Source of the DNA: a virus
Lineage: Duplodnaviria > Heunggongvirae > Uroviricota > Caudoviricetes
IMG/VR virus record: IMGVR_UViG_3300043411_002784
Length of the DNA: 64,000 bases
Direction: 5' to 3' (one strand)
This document shows positions 26,440 through 35,599 of the stretch, piece by piece. Below the pieces are notes generated by a model. It saw only the letters and a program-made list of their open reading frames with translations. It searched no databases and had not been told where the DNA came from. How positions within the stretch are numbered: position 1 is the stretch's first letter; the number at the start of each line of letters is the position of its first letter. A program made the position numbers and the translations under genes.

Positions 26440-28088
26440 TGGCTAACCAACGCGAAGAAGCACCACAAAGCCGCCCGCCGCTGCCTGACAGCAGTCGCGA
26501 CTTCCTGTTCGCTTACCTGCTGACGCATCCGGCCATGTTCGGCCGGGCCATGCTGCGGGTGACGGACGAATGCTTTTCGGACGGCGAGCGAGGCTTGCGA
26601 CTCGTCTGGAATTTGGCCCGTCAGCACTACAGCGAGCACGGCGAGCTGCCGGGCAAGGATCTGCTGCTGGCCGACATCAACGCCGAGCTGGAGCTCGATC
26701 CGGAAGCGCTCACGGACGACGACATCAGTCAGTGTGACGATTTGATCGGCGCGGCGTTCGCGCTGGTCGATCAGCCGAGCTACGCGCGGACGGCTTCGAT
26801 CTGGCTGCGGCACTTCCTGGAAGACAGGTTGATGCAGCAGGCGCGCAACGCCTTGCTGCTGCCGCACACGCCCACGGAAGTCTCGTCGATGTTCACGGGG
26901 CTGGCCAACAAAGCGGCGGAGCTGCGGGCCGTCTCCGAGAACAACATCCCGGTGCCGTTCGAGGAGGGCTGGGACGAGGTCGACGCGGTGACGACGACGA
27001 CCAGCACGGGCCTGTCGATCTTCGACTCGTTCATGGGCGGCGGCGACGCGCGCGGCGAGACGTACGGTCTGCTGGCCCCGTTCGGCGGCGGCAAGACGAC
27101 CATCTCGACGATGATCACCTGCGAGAAGGCGCTGGCCGCCTACGTCGAGTGGGAGCGGAACGGTTGCGTCGGCGTCTGCGGACGGGCGTACCACTTCGCC
27201 TACGAAGACAAGCTCCAAGAAGTCCGCATGCGGGCCTTGTGCTATCTCTCCAGGATTCCGTTGACGCGGTTGACGGAGATCGTCGGGGCCAGGGCTTACG
27301 ATCGGTTCAGCACGATCGGGCGTTACGAAGAGTACGAACGCATCGAGTATCGCGATTCGCTCGTCGCCGGCATTCAGCCGTCGGGCGAGCGCGAGCGCTA
27401 CGCGTACGCCATCCAGGTGCTCAACCGTTGCTGGCGCTGCATCTACATGGGCGGCACGCTGGAGAATCCGCTCCAGGGCACCAAGCTGGTCGACGAAGTG
27501 GCGGCCATCGTCGCGCAGGACCTGGCGTACCATCCGGACGTGCGGGTCGACGTCGTGCTGACCGACTACGTGCTGGCCGCCGTCCGCCGGTATCTGCAGG
27601 CGACGGGCAAAGACTTCAATCAGCTGCGGCATTACCTCGTGCTCTGGCCGAACGACATGCGGCACAAGATCGCGACGCCGTTCAATTGCCCGACCTGGTC
27701 GATGCAGCAGCTTTCGGGCGAAGCGAACAAGATGAAGCCGGGGCAGGTGATGTCCTCGTTGGACGCCGGCGAAGCGAAGGGCTTCCCGGAAAACTGCAAC
27801 TTCTGCTTTGCCATCGGCAAGATGAATCGCGATCAGATGGCGACGTTCACCTGCGACAAGCATCGTCGTCAGGGCATGGCCGATCCGATCGTCGTCTGGC
27901 TGGACGGCGAGCACGCCATCATGCGGGACATGCGGCGGACGTTCACCATCGACGCGCGGACGCGCACGATTCTGTCGAACGACGACGCCCGGCGTTTGGG
28001 CGGGCGCAACGACGAGGCGGAACGCACTCCGGCCCGTCGGGGCGCGGGCAACGTGATCAACCAGCAACAAGGCTTAGGCGTCCTTTGA
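26439..28088 (+). CDS. DnaB-like replicative helicase
   Basis: STGLSIFDSFMGGGDARGETYGLLAPFGGGKTT is a RecA-fold Walker A in a DnaB-like context; DnaB-like N-terminal region. Confidence 0.6.
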   Translation: MANQREEAPQSRPPLPDSSRDFLFAYLLTHPAMFGRAMLRVTDECFSDGERGLRLVWNLARQHYSEHGELPGKDLLLADINAELELDPEALTDDDISQCDDLIGAAFALVDQPSYARTASIWLRHFLEDRLMQQARNALLLPHTPTEVSSMFTGLANKAAELRAVSENNIPVPFEEGWDEVDAVTTTTSTGLSIFDSFMGGGDARGETYGLLAPFGGGKTTISTMITCEKALAAYVEWERNGCVGVCGRAYHFAYEDKLQEVRMRALCYLSRIPLTRLTEIVGARAYDRFSTIGRYEEYERIEYRDSLVAGIQPSGERERYAYAIQVLNRCWRCIYMGGTLENPLQGTKLVDEVAAIVAQDLAYHPDVRVDVVLTDYVLAAVRRYLQATGKDFNQLRHYLVLWPNDMRHKIATPFNCPTWSMQQLSGEANKMKPGQVMSSLDAGEAKGFPENCNFCFAIGKMNRDQMATFTCDKHRRQGMADPIVVWLDGEHAIMRDMRRTFTIDARTRTILSNDDARRLGGRNDEAERTPARRGAGNVINQQQGLGVL

Positions 28089-28092
28089 CTTC

Positions 28093-29235
28093 ATGGCTCT
28101 GCATCGAGACCCGCTCAATCCGCTGCTTTATCGGCGGATGTGCGAATACTACGGCGAAGAGAACGTCGACGTCGTGTCGGCCGGGCAAGAGATGGACTGG
28201 TCGCTGGTTTGGGTCCGGACGCACGACGGCCAACGCAAACTGGAACGACGCATCCGCAGCGGCGGCGAGGAATATCGCACGCGCTGCCGGCTGTGTCGCG
28301 ACTGGCGAGCGCGGCTGCACGTCAATCACCGATGGGGGGTACACGACCCGGAGGTCAATTCCTACCATCTGCATCTAATCAACTGCTTCAACGAACAATG
28401 CTACTCCTCGTACGTCGAGCAGCGGCGACTGTTCGACATCCTTTACAGCGGCCGACGGCTGGGCGACAAGGTGCACATCCTGCCGGGGCGACCCGGCTCG
28501 GATCGCACGCTCCACGAGGTGGAGCCGCCGGGACCGACCTGGCCGCTGCACACGTTGGCGACGCGGCATCCCAATCATCCGGCCCTGACCTACTTGCGAT
28601 CGAGGCAGCTCGATCCGGTGCGCCTGGGCAAGCTGTGGGGCGTCAGCTATTGTCCCGAGAGTCGCTTCGAGCAGGCCCGCAACCGGATCATCGTGCCGAT
28701 CCGCATGGACGGCATGCTGGTCATGTGGCAGGCCCGGTACATCGGCGACGACGTCAACGGCGTGAGCTTCAACAAGGCGGGCGTGGCGAAATACTGGACG
28801 AGTCCGGGCGCCGCGCGAGGCCTGGTGGCCTACAACTTGGCGAGGGCGCTGCGACACTCGACCGTCGTCGCCGTCGAAGGCCCGGCGGACGCGTGGAACC
28901 AGGGCCCGATGTGCGTGGCGGCCGTCGGCAAAACGTTCAGCGTGCCGATCCGCGAGCAGATCGCCGCCGGGATCAAGGCCCACGGCGACGACGGCGTGCT
29001 GATCATCGCCCTCGATCCCAAGCAGAGTCCTAAAGAGAAGTTGAAGAACCGACCCCACCACCTCGACAAGCTGACGCTGCAGATGCAAGAGCTGCTGCCC
29101 GGACGCGTCGTACCGTTGTGGCTGCCGGAAGAGTATGATCCGGGCAGTCTCGCCCGCAGCGTGTTTCGCAGCATGGCCCGTACGGCCGCTGCCGAACGCG
29201 GCCTAACCGCGTCCTTTGGTCCTCCCACCCTATGA
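28093..29235 (+). CDS. DNA primase (Zn-binding + TOPRIM)
   Basis: CRLCRD...HLINCFNEQC zinc motif; TOPRIM VVAVEGPADAWN (Glu) and LIIALDPK (DxD-like). Confidence 0.6.
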   Translation: MALHRDPLNPLLYRRMCEYYGEENVDVVSAGQEMDWSLVWVRTHDGQRKLERRIRSGGEEYRTRCRLCRDWRARLHVNHRWGVHDPEVNSYHLHLINCFNEQCYSSYVEQRRLFDILYSGRRLGDKVHILPGRPGSDRTLHEVEPPGPTWPLHTLATRHPNHPALTYLRSRQLDPVRLGKLWGVSYCPESRFEQARNRIIVPIRMDGMLVMWQARYIGDDVNGVSFNKAGVAKYWTSPGAARGLVAYNLARALRHSTVVAVEGPADAWNQGPMCVAAVGKTFSVPIREQIAAGIKAHGDDGVLIIALDPKQSPKEKLKNRPHHLDKLTLQMQELLPGRVVPLWLPEEYDPGSLARSVFRSMARTAAAERGLTASFGPPTL

Positions 29236-29293
29236 GTCCGTCGTGAGTACAGTTACCAGCGCGGCGGGCGGCGGACGTCGTCGTCGCGTCATC

Positions 29294-32200
29294 ATGCGTA
29301 AGCCGGCGACGCCGCAGCCTCCCGTGCAGCCGCCGAGTCTGCCCGGGCAGCTGCCGCTGTTCAACGAGCCGGAGCCTGAAGCGACCATCGACGAGCAGCT
29401 CCTGGCGGCCTTTGGCGGCGAGGAGATGACGGAGCTGGCCGATAATTCGCAAGGCGAGCCCAACGATCCCAACAACCGCGTCGAGACGCTGCAGCAGAAG
29501 CTCGGCAAGGTGATCAAACGGGGTCGCGTCAAATCGGCGACCGACGCGCAGCTGGCGAGCAACGCCTTGCGCCTCGATCGCGACATTTATCCCATCAACG
29601 CGCCCGGCATGCCGTTGCCCGGTCCCGAGCTGCTGGAGCTCGCGACCATGCTTTCCGACGACACGGAGGTCGAACGCAAAGGGAAAGCGGGCAAGCTGGT
29701 CGCCGTGAAGAAGCCGGGCCTGATCCTGTCGGACATGGTGCGGGAGATCGTCTACGCGAGCGGCCACTTCAGCGTGCCCGTCACCGTCAGACCGGGCACG
29801 CGTCGCAGCATGTCCGTCGTCTCGGGACATCTCTGGAAGTCGGCCAAGGCGACGGGTCCCGTTCGCGCCGACGTCATGGTCATCGGCAAGATGCTCGGCT
29901 CGGAGGAGAAGCACTCGGGGCGGCTCTACTCGGGCCGTACGGGCGATCTGCTCCAGGACATCTGCGACGAGCTGGGCGTCGAGACGGATGCGGACGATTG
30001 GTACATGACCAATCTGATGAAGATCGAGCATCCTGAAGCGGCTACCGGCAACACGACGATCAAGAACCCCTGGGTCAACGAGTGGCTGCCGATCCTCCAC
30101 CAGGAGCTGCGGCTCGTCCAACCCAAGTACATCTTGTGCCTGGGGGCGGACGCGCTCAAGGCGATGCTCGGCAAGAACGCCTCGGTCACCGGCATGGAAG
30201 GCCGCGTCGTCGAGTATTCCTTTCCGATCTCGCGGACGGCCCAGGAGCGGCAGATCAATCACACGTCGCTGCTGATGGCCTGCATGCACCCGGCGGCCGT
30301 GCTGCACGCTCCCGAGCAGGAAGACACGTTCAAGAACGGCTTCGCGCGGTTCTATCAGCTGACGCGGGGCATGCGTCCCGATCGCGAGGAGGAGGGACTG
30401 GATCATCGGGCGATCGAAACGCTCGACGAGCTGAAGGCCCTCGCCGCCGAGATTGATCGCGACATCGTCAAGAACCGTCTGGCGCTCGACGCCGAATGGC
30501 ACGGCGAGCATCCCCAGAACGCCGGGGCCTACTTGCGGACGATCCAGGTCGCCTGGAAGCCCAAGACGGCCGTGCTGATCCACCTGCGTCATCCTGGCGG
30601 CAAGTGGCGGTTCAAGGGGACGAAGGCCGAGTTGCTCTACTGGCTGCGAAAGATCTTCCGCAACAAGCGGATCGTCGGCCAGTTCCTCACCGCCGACTTG
30701 GAGTGGCTCTACGATCTCGGGCTCACGGAGCTGGGCGACCAGTACAACGTGCCCGACACGTGGGAGGAGACCTATCGCCAAGCGATGCGAATCAAGAAGC
30801 CCAAGGGCGGGTTCGACACGGGCTTGGCCCTGCACGCGGTGCGGGAGACGGGCGACTTCGGGCTGACCGCGGCGACGCTGCGGCACACGACGGCCCCGCG
30901 TTACGACGTCGAGCTGGTGAAGTGGCGGGATCGCTACTGCAACGAGCGCGGCTTCAAGAAAGAGGACATGGAGGGGTACGGCGAGTGCCCCGACGAGGTC
31001 ATCGTTCCCTACGGCTGCTACGACGCGGACGTCACCTGGCGGCTCGTCGATCCGCTGGAAGCGCTGCTCACTCGCGACGGCTTCGGCAACAACTGCTGGG
31101 AGGCGTTTTGGCGGAGCATGCGGGCCCAGCCCGGGGCGTTCGAGATGAGTCGCACCGGCATCCTCGTCGATCGCGATCGGATGGACCGGCAGACGGAAAC
31201 CTATCTGACGGCCAAGGCGGCCCTGCAGCAGAAGCTCCGCGACTGGATTCGCTGGCCGGACATGAACTTCGACAGCGTCTTTCAGGTGCGCGAGTTCCTG
31301 TTCGGCGAGGAGCTCAACGGCAAGAAGCGACTGCCCGGCGAACCGCCCGTGCGGCTGCGTCCGCCCGGGGCTCGCTCTCTGAAGCTGACGCCGACGTTCT
31401 CGACCGACAAGCGGCCGATGCCGTGGGAAGAGGTGCTGGAGCGAGGTTTGCAAAATGAAAAGTCTCCGAGCACCAACAAGATCGCCTTGGCGATTTTGGC
31501 GCAGGAGAATCAGGAAGTGGAGCGGTGGCACCCCAAGCTGCAGAAGTTCGTCGTTTACGACTTCAGTCAGCAAGTGACCTGGCTCCGCGACTTGCGGTTC
31601 ATTTCGCAGGTGCTCAAGAGCGTGCTCCGCACGCCGGTGCGGGACGAGGATACGCAGGACTTCATCCAGAAGGACGGCTACTACGTCTATCCGGGCGGCT
31701 TGCCGGCGTCGATTTGCGACGACGGCGTCGTGCGGACCCATCTCTACCAGACGAAGGAAACGGGTCGCTGGTCGTCGGCTCGGCCGCCGCTGCAGAACCT
31801 GTCGAAGAAACGCGAGACGGATTACGCGCGGATCCTCGGCGACGCCTACATCCAGCCGCTGCGAACGTTCATGCGGGCCAGGCCCGGCAACGTGCTGATG
31901 GAGGCCGACTACACCGGAGCCGAGCTGTTCGGCATGGCGATGCTGTCGGGCGACGAAGCGATGATCGAGCACGCTCGTCGCAACATCCTGCCCGAGAACC
32001 ACCCCGACTACTACGACATCCACTCCAACGTCGCCAAGCTCGCCTTCCGTCTGGACTGCGCTCCGACGAAGGGCGGCCTCGGGTCGGTGGGCAAGAAGCA
32101 CATGCGGATCGTCGCGAAGAGCGTGGTGTTCGGCGTCGCCTACGGCCGCGGGGCCAAGGCGATCGCCCTGGCCGCCAAGGAGGAGGGCGTCCAGGTGACG

Positions 32201-32830
32201 GTGGCGGAGGCCCAGCAGGTCATCGACGCGATCTTCGAGATGTACCCTCGCTTGCAGCCGTTCTTCGAGTCTTGCAAGCGGCGGGCCGTCGAGGAGCGGT
32301 GGATGTGCGGCGTCGGCGGACGGTTCCGGCGATTCCCGCTCGCGCGGGATCGCATGCAGAAAGGCGACATGGAACGCCAGGGCATGAACTTCCTGGTGCA
32401 GAACATGGTCGCCGAGACGATGAACGTCGCGATCGACAATCTGCTGGAATATCGTCGCGCGTACGACCCCGAGCTGTTCCGCATGCTGCTGCAGATCCAC
32501 GACGCGATCCTCTTGGAAGTGCCGCTGCAGCACGCGGTCCACGTTTACGACGAAGTCCTGCCGTTGTGCATGTCCGAGCTCGCGCCGATCTATCCCGTCG
32601 ACCTGACGGGACAGGCGACGGGAGCCGGTCCGTATCGGCTCGGCATCGGTCGCGACGTCAACGTTTTCTGGGGACAAGAGATGTTTCCAGACGACTTGTG
32701 GGCCCTTGATTTGCCGCCCCGTTTGGGCGGTTGGATCGAGACTGATCAGGGCTTCGTGCATCCTGAGAAAGAGGCTAAGATCTGGATCGGCGATAGGTCC
32801 GGCGGCGAGCTGGTCAAACTGCCGAGCTGA
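29294..32830 (+). CDS. family-A DNA polymerase with N-terminal UDG-like (family 4) and 3'-5' exonuclease domains
   Basis: UDG-like: GKMLGSEE...GRTGDLL...MTNLMK...WLPILHQELRLVQPKYILCLGADALK; exonuclease: LALDAEWHGE; polymerase motif A EADYTGAELF, motif B KSVVFGVAYGRGAKA, motif C LQIHDAILLE. Start could be the TTG at 29216 or the GTG at 29246. Confidence 0.85.
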   Translation: MRKPATPQPPVQPPSLPGQLPLFNEPEPEATIDEQLLAAFGGEEMTELADNSQGEPNDPNNRVETLQQKLGKVIKRGRVKSATDAQLASNALRLDRDIYPINAPGMPLPGPELLELATMLSDDTEVERKGKAGKLVAVKKPGLILSDMVREIVYASGHFSVPVTVRPGTRRSMSVVSGHLWKSAKATGPVRADVMVIGKMLGSEEKHSGRLYSGRTGDLLQDICDELGVETDADDWYMTNLMKIEHPEAATGNTTIKNPWVNEWLPILHQELRLVQPKYILCLGADALKAMLGKNASVTGMEGRVVEYSFPISRTAQERQINHTSLLMACMHPAAVLHAPEQEDTFKNGFARFYQLTRGMRPDREEEGLDHRAIETLDELKALAAEIDRDIVKNRLALDAEWHGEHPQNAGAYLRTIQVAWKPKTAVLIHLRHPGGKWRFKGTKAELLYWLRKIFRNKRIVGQFLTADLEWLYDLGLTELGDQYNVPDTWEETYRQAMRIKKPKGGFDTGLALHAVRETGDFGLTAATLRHTTAPRYDVELVKWRDRYCNERGFKKEDMEGYGECPDEVIVPYGCYDADVTWRLVDPLEALLTRDGFGNNCWEAFWRSMRAQPGAFEMSRTGILVDRDRMDRQTETYLTAKAALQQKLRDWIRWPDMNFDSVFQVREFLFGEELNGKKRLPGEPPVRLRPPGARSLKLTPTFSTDKRPMPWEEVLERGLQNEKSPSTNKIALAILAQENQEVERWHPKLQKFVVYDFSQQVTWLRDLRFISQVLKSVLRTPVRDEDTQDFIQKDGYYVYPGGLPASICDDGVVRTHLYQTKETGRWSSARPPLQNLSKKRETDYARILGDAYIQPLRTFMRARPGNVLMEADYTGAELFGMAMLSGDEAMIEHARRNILPENHPDYYDIHSNVAKLAFRLDCAPTKGGLGSVGKKHMRIVAKSVVFGVAYGRGAKAIALAAKEEGVQVTVAEAQQVIDAIFEMYPRLQPFFESCKRRAVEERWMCGVGGRFRRFPLARDRMQKGDMERQGMNFLVQNMVAETMNVAIDNLLEYRRAYDPELFRMLLQIHDAILLEVPLQHAVHVYDEVLPLCMSELAPIYPVDLTGQATGAGPYRLGIGRDVNVFWGQEMFPDDLWALDLPPRLGGWIETDQGFVHPEKEAKIWIGDRSGGELVKLPS

Positions 32831-32833
32831 TTG

Positions 32834-32851
32834 TTTTCACGTGATAATTTT
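32834..32851. repeat. GTTTTCACGTGATAATTTTC element copy
   Basis: directly after the polymerase stop, 11 bp before the ATG at 32863; reverse complement of the copy at 17373. Confidence 0.6.
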
Positions 32852-32862
32852 CTGGAGCCGTC

Positions 32863-33510
32863 ATGCCGTCTTCCGTTACCGTCGGAGCCCCGCTGGCCGA
32901 GGTCGTGCAAGCGGCCAAGGCGCGTTTCAAGGGCTACGTCGAGGACCTGCTCGCCGAGTATCAAAACCGGCAAGACCGGCGACGGGAGCTGGGCATTCAA
33001 GTCGTCAACTTCGTCGGGCACGGACGCTGCGGCAAGGACGAGACGGCTGCTCGTTTCTCGAAGCTCACGCAGGCTCAGTACGGCGGAGCCACGTCGACGA
33101 TCGTCAATCCGATGATCGCCTGGTGCCTAGGCCTCGACGAAGAGGTCAGCTTCAAATCGCGGCACGACAACCGGATGTACTGGTTCGAGTGGTGCTGCGA
33201 GTTTCGCAAGGACGATCCCGGCCTGCTGGCCAAGCTGCTCTTGGGTCAAGGCGACATTGTCGTCGGCACCCGCTCGCACAGGGAGCTGAAAGCCGCTTCC
33301 AACGAGTGCGTCGACGTCGTCGTCTGGATCAATCGGCTCGCAACGCCGCCTGATCCGACGATGGAATACGACGCAGGGGACGTCTTCCGACTGCCCCGGT
33401 GGGACTGGATCGACAACAACGTTAGCGACGACGGACTCGCTAATCTGCAGGCGCAGATCGAACGCATTGCTACTTCACTCAACATGTTTTCAGGAGAATC
33501 CCGTGGCTGA
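32863..33510 (+). CDS. P-loop kinase (possible dNMP kinase)
   Basis: VNFVGHGRCGKDETA Walker A; roughly 215 aa, the size of phage dNMP kinases. Confidence 0.4.
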   Translation: MPSSVTVGAPLAEVVQAAKARFKGYVEDLLAEYQNRQDRRRELGIQVVNFVGHGRCGKDETAARFSKLTQAQYGGATSTIVNPMIAWCLGLDEEVSFKSRHDNRMYWFEWCCEFRKDDPGLLAKLLLGQGDIVVGTRSHRELKAASNECVDVVVWINRLATPPDPTMEYDAGDVFRLPRWDWIDNNVSDDGLANLQAQIERIATSLNMFSGESRG

Positions 33511-35515
33511 ACAACCTAAGAAACCGGCCGGCAGCAAACCGCCTACAGGCGCAAAGCCTGCGGCGGCCAAGCCGACCGGAGCGAAGCCTCCCGCGAAGCC
33601 TGCGGTTCCGGCGACCCCGCCGGCCCCGACGGCGCGGCGGGCCGTCACCGGCGGAGCCGCTCCCGGCGGCATCACCCGTCGGCGTCGCGATCCCACGCGC
33701 ACCTTGCGCGAGGACGACAAGGGCGTGCCGAAGGGCGACTACACGATCAACAGCCAGAAGGTCGGCACGCCGGTCGGGCTCGTCCGCCCGGTCTGGAAGG
33801 AAGGCTCGCTCGTCGTGCGTCTTCTGCCCAGCTGGGACCCGGACGCCGCGAACGAGGGACGCAAGGAGCTCGACGGGTATCGTTACACCCCCGAGCCGTT
33901 CCAGTTCCGCGACTTCACGCGCAAGTATCCCGCCGTCGACTACTTGGGCGACGGCGATACGGCCGTGAGCTTCAATCTGTACGACCCGGCGGTGGCGGAG
34001 GTCGAGTACGACGTTCCGTCGAACCCGTACCTGCTGCTCTTCAACGCCGTCGATCGCGCCGTCTACAAGGACAAGACGCACACGCATTGGCTGGGGTTGA
34101 TCGATCCCAAGGCGTCGGGCAACCGTCCGCCGATCAAGGCGCCCTGCACGTATTACTACTTCCAGGGCCTCGTCTACCGTCGCGGCGTGACCAACTTCTT
34201 CGGACAAGGGAAGTTGCCGCGCGGCATCGGCGACAAGGACTACACGCAGATCATTCGTCTCAAGAACGGAGCGGGCCGCGATCTCTACGCCATGCTCAAC
34301 GAGCTGAATGACGCCTGGACCGGCGATCCGACGGATTACGAAAACTCGATGCTCTACGGCGATCCGGTGTCGCCGGAGCACGGGCGTTTCATCACCGTCT
34401 ACAACGCGCAGATGGGCGAGAACGCCGCGGCGACGAGGGCCGAGCTCGACGGCATGTCGGGTTCGCTCGACGTCGGCAGCGGGGGCGACGGAGCCGGCGG
34501 GTCGGACTCGGAGAAGCGGGGCTACACGGTCCTGATTCACGACGTGCTGACGATCAACGGCGTGGCGAGCAAGTTCGCCGCGAAGCTCAACGAGGCGGCG
34601 ATGGCGAGGTTGAAGCCCCGCATCGTCTATCTCGAAGACGTCATCCACGTGCCGACGAACGAAGAGCAATGCGTCTACATCGCCAAGGCGGTGCCGCATC
34701 GCGACGTGCTTCAGTACGCCTGGGCGGACCATCCCGAGTATCTGGCGATCGACGAAGTCCAGCGCATACTCAAGGCCCGCAAGCAGGTGACCGGCGCGGC
34801 TCCCGCCGCGGGGCCGGTCGAAACGGCGGCGTCAGAGACGTCGTCGCTGCTAGGCTTCGCTGACGACATGGGCTTCGGAGAAGCCGACGACGCCGGCGGC
34901 GAAGAGGTCCCTGCAGACGACGTCGACACGGGCGAATTCGTCGACGAGTACGAAGGCGTCGACGAGGTCGCTGAGGAAATCGCCGAGGAAGCGACGGTCG
35001 ACGAAACCGAGTACGTGGAAGGCGAAGAAGTCGCCGAAGACGGCGAGCTGGTCGAGGAAGAGGCCGAGGAAGTCGTCGAAGAGGGCGAATACGAGGAGGA
35101 AGGCGACGCCGCGGAATTCGACGAATCCGCCGAGGGCGAATTCGAATTCGAAGGCGACGAGGAAGTCGCCGCGGAGGAAGAGGCCGAGTACGAGGATCCG
35201 GACGACGTCGCGGCCGAGGAAGAGGCCGTCGAGGAGGAAGAGGCCGTCGAGGAGGAAGAGATCGACCCGGCCGCAGACGCGCAGGAAGCCCTGGAGGGGC
35301 TGAACCTGGCCCGTCAACGGTCCTCGGGACGCCCGGCGGCGGAGAAGCCGGCGGCGGCTGCAGCGAAGGCTGCCGCGGCCAAGCCCGCAGGCAAGCCGGC
35401 TCCGGCCAAGCCCGCCGGCAAGCCGGCGGCGACGACCCCGGCCAAGCCGACAGGCAAGCCTGCGGCGAAGCCAGGTCCCGCCAAACCGCCGGCGAAGAAG
35501 CCAGGCGGCAAGTAA
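33503..35515 (+). CDS. basic-acidic-basic tripartite protein with histone-H1-like AKP repeats and a poly-Glu/Asp block
   Basis: N-terminus KKPAGSKPPTGAKPAAAKPTGAKPPAKP; roughly 400-aa globular core; roughly 140 aa of E/D-rich sequence; C-terminus AKPAGKPAPAKPAGKPAATTPAKPTGKPAAKPGPAKPPAKKPGGK. GTG start overlaps the upstream stop (GTGGCTGA), AGGAG 7 nt upstream. Confidence 0.6.
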   Translation: MAEQPKKPAGSKPPTGAKPAAAKPTGAKPPAKPAVPATPPAPTARRAVTGGAAPGGITRRRRDPTRTLREDDKGVPKGDYTINSQKVGTPVGLVRPVWKEGSLVVRLLPSWDPDAANEGRKELDGYRYTPEPFQFRDFTRKYPAVDYLGDGDTAVSFNLYDPAVAEVEYDVPSNPYLLLFNAVDRAVYKDKTHTHWLGLIDPKASGNRPPIKAPCTYYYFQGLVYRRGVTNFFGQGKLPRGIGDKDYTQIIRLKNGAGRDLYAMLNELNDAWTGDPTDYENSMLYGDPVSPEHGRFITVYNAQMGENAAATRAELDGMSGSLDVGSGGDGAGGSDSEKRGYTVLIHDVLTINGVASKFAAKLNEAAMARLKPRIVYLEDVIHVPTNEEQCVYIAKAVPHRDVLQYAWADHPEYLAIDEVQRILKARKQVTGAAPAAGPVETAASETSSLLGFADDMGFGEADDAGGEEVPADDVDTGEFVDEYEGVDEVAEEIAEEATVDETEYVEGEEVAEDGELVEEEAEEVVEEGEYEEEGDAAEFDESAEGEFEFEGDEEVAAEEEAEYEDPDDVAAEEEAVEEEEAVEEEEIDPAADAQEALEGLNLARQRSSGRPAAEKPAAAAAKAAAAKPAGKPAPAKPAGKPAATTPAKPTGKPAAKPGPAKPPAKKPGGK

Positions 35516-35544
35516 CAGTCGGGTGACAACGACGTGGCGGCGGC

Positions 35545-35585
35545 CCGGTCTTCGGATCGGGTCGCCGTTTTTCTTGGACATTAGC
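35545..35585 (+). terminator. possible intrinsic terminator
   Basis: imperfect GC hairpin GGCGGCCCGGTCTTCGGATCGGGTCGCC followed by GTTTTTCTT. Confidence 0.4.
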
Positions 35586-35599
35586 TACAGGACTGACGC

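Noticed and set aside
29030-32761. 1243-aa ORF antisense to the DNA polymerase
   Set aside because: Antisense artefact of high GC. No motifs, extreme Arg/Leu/Ala content, and the sense strand carries an unmistakable PolA.
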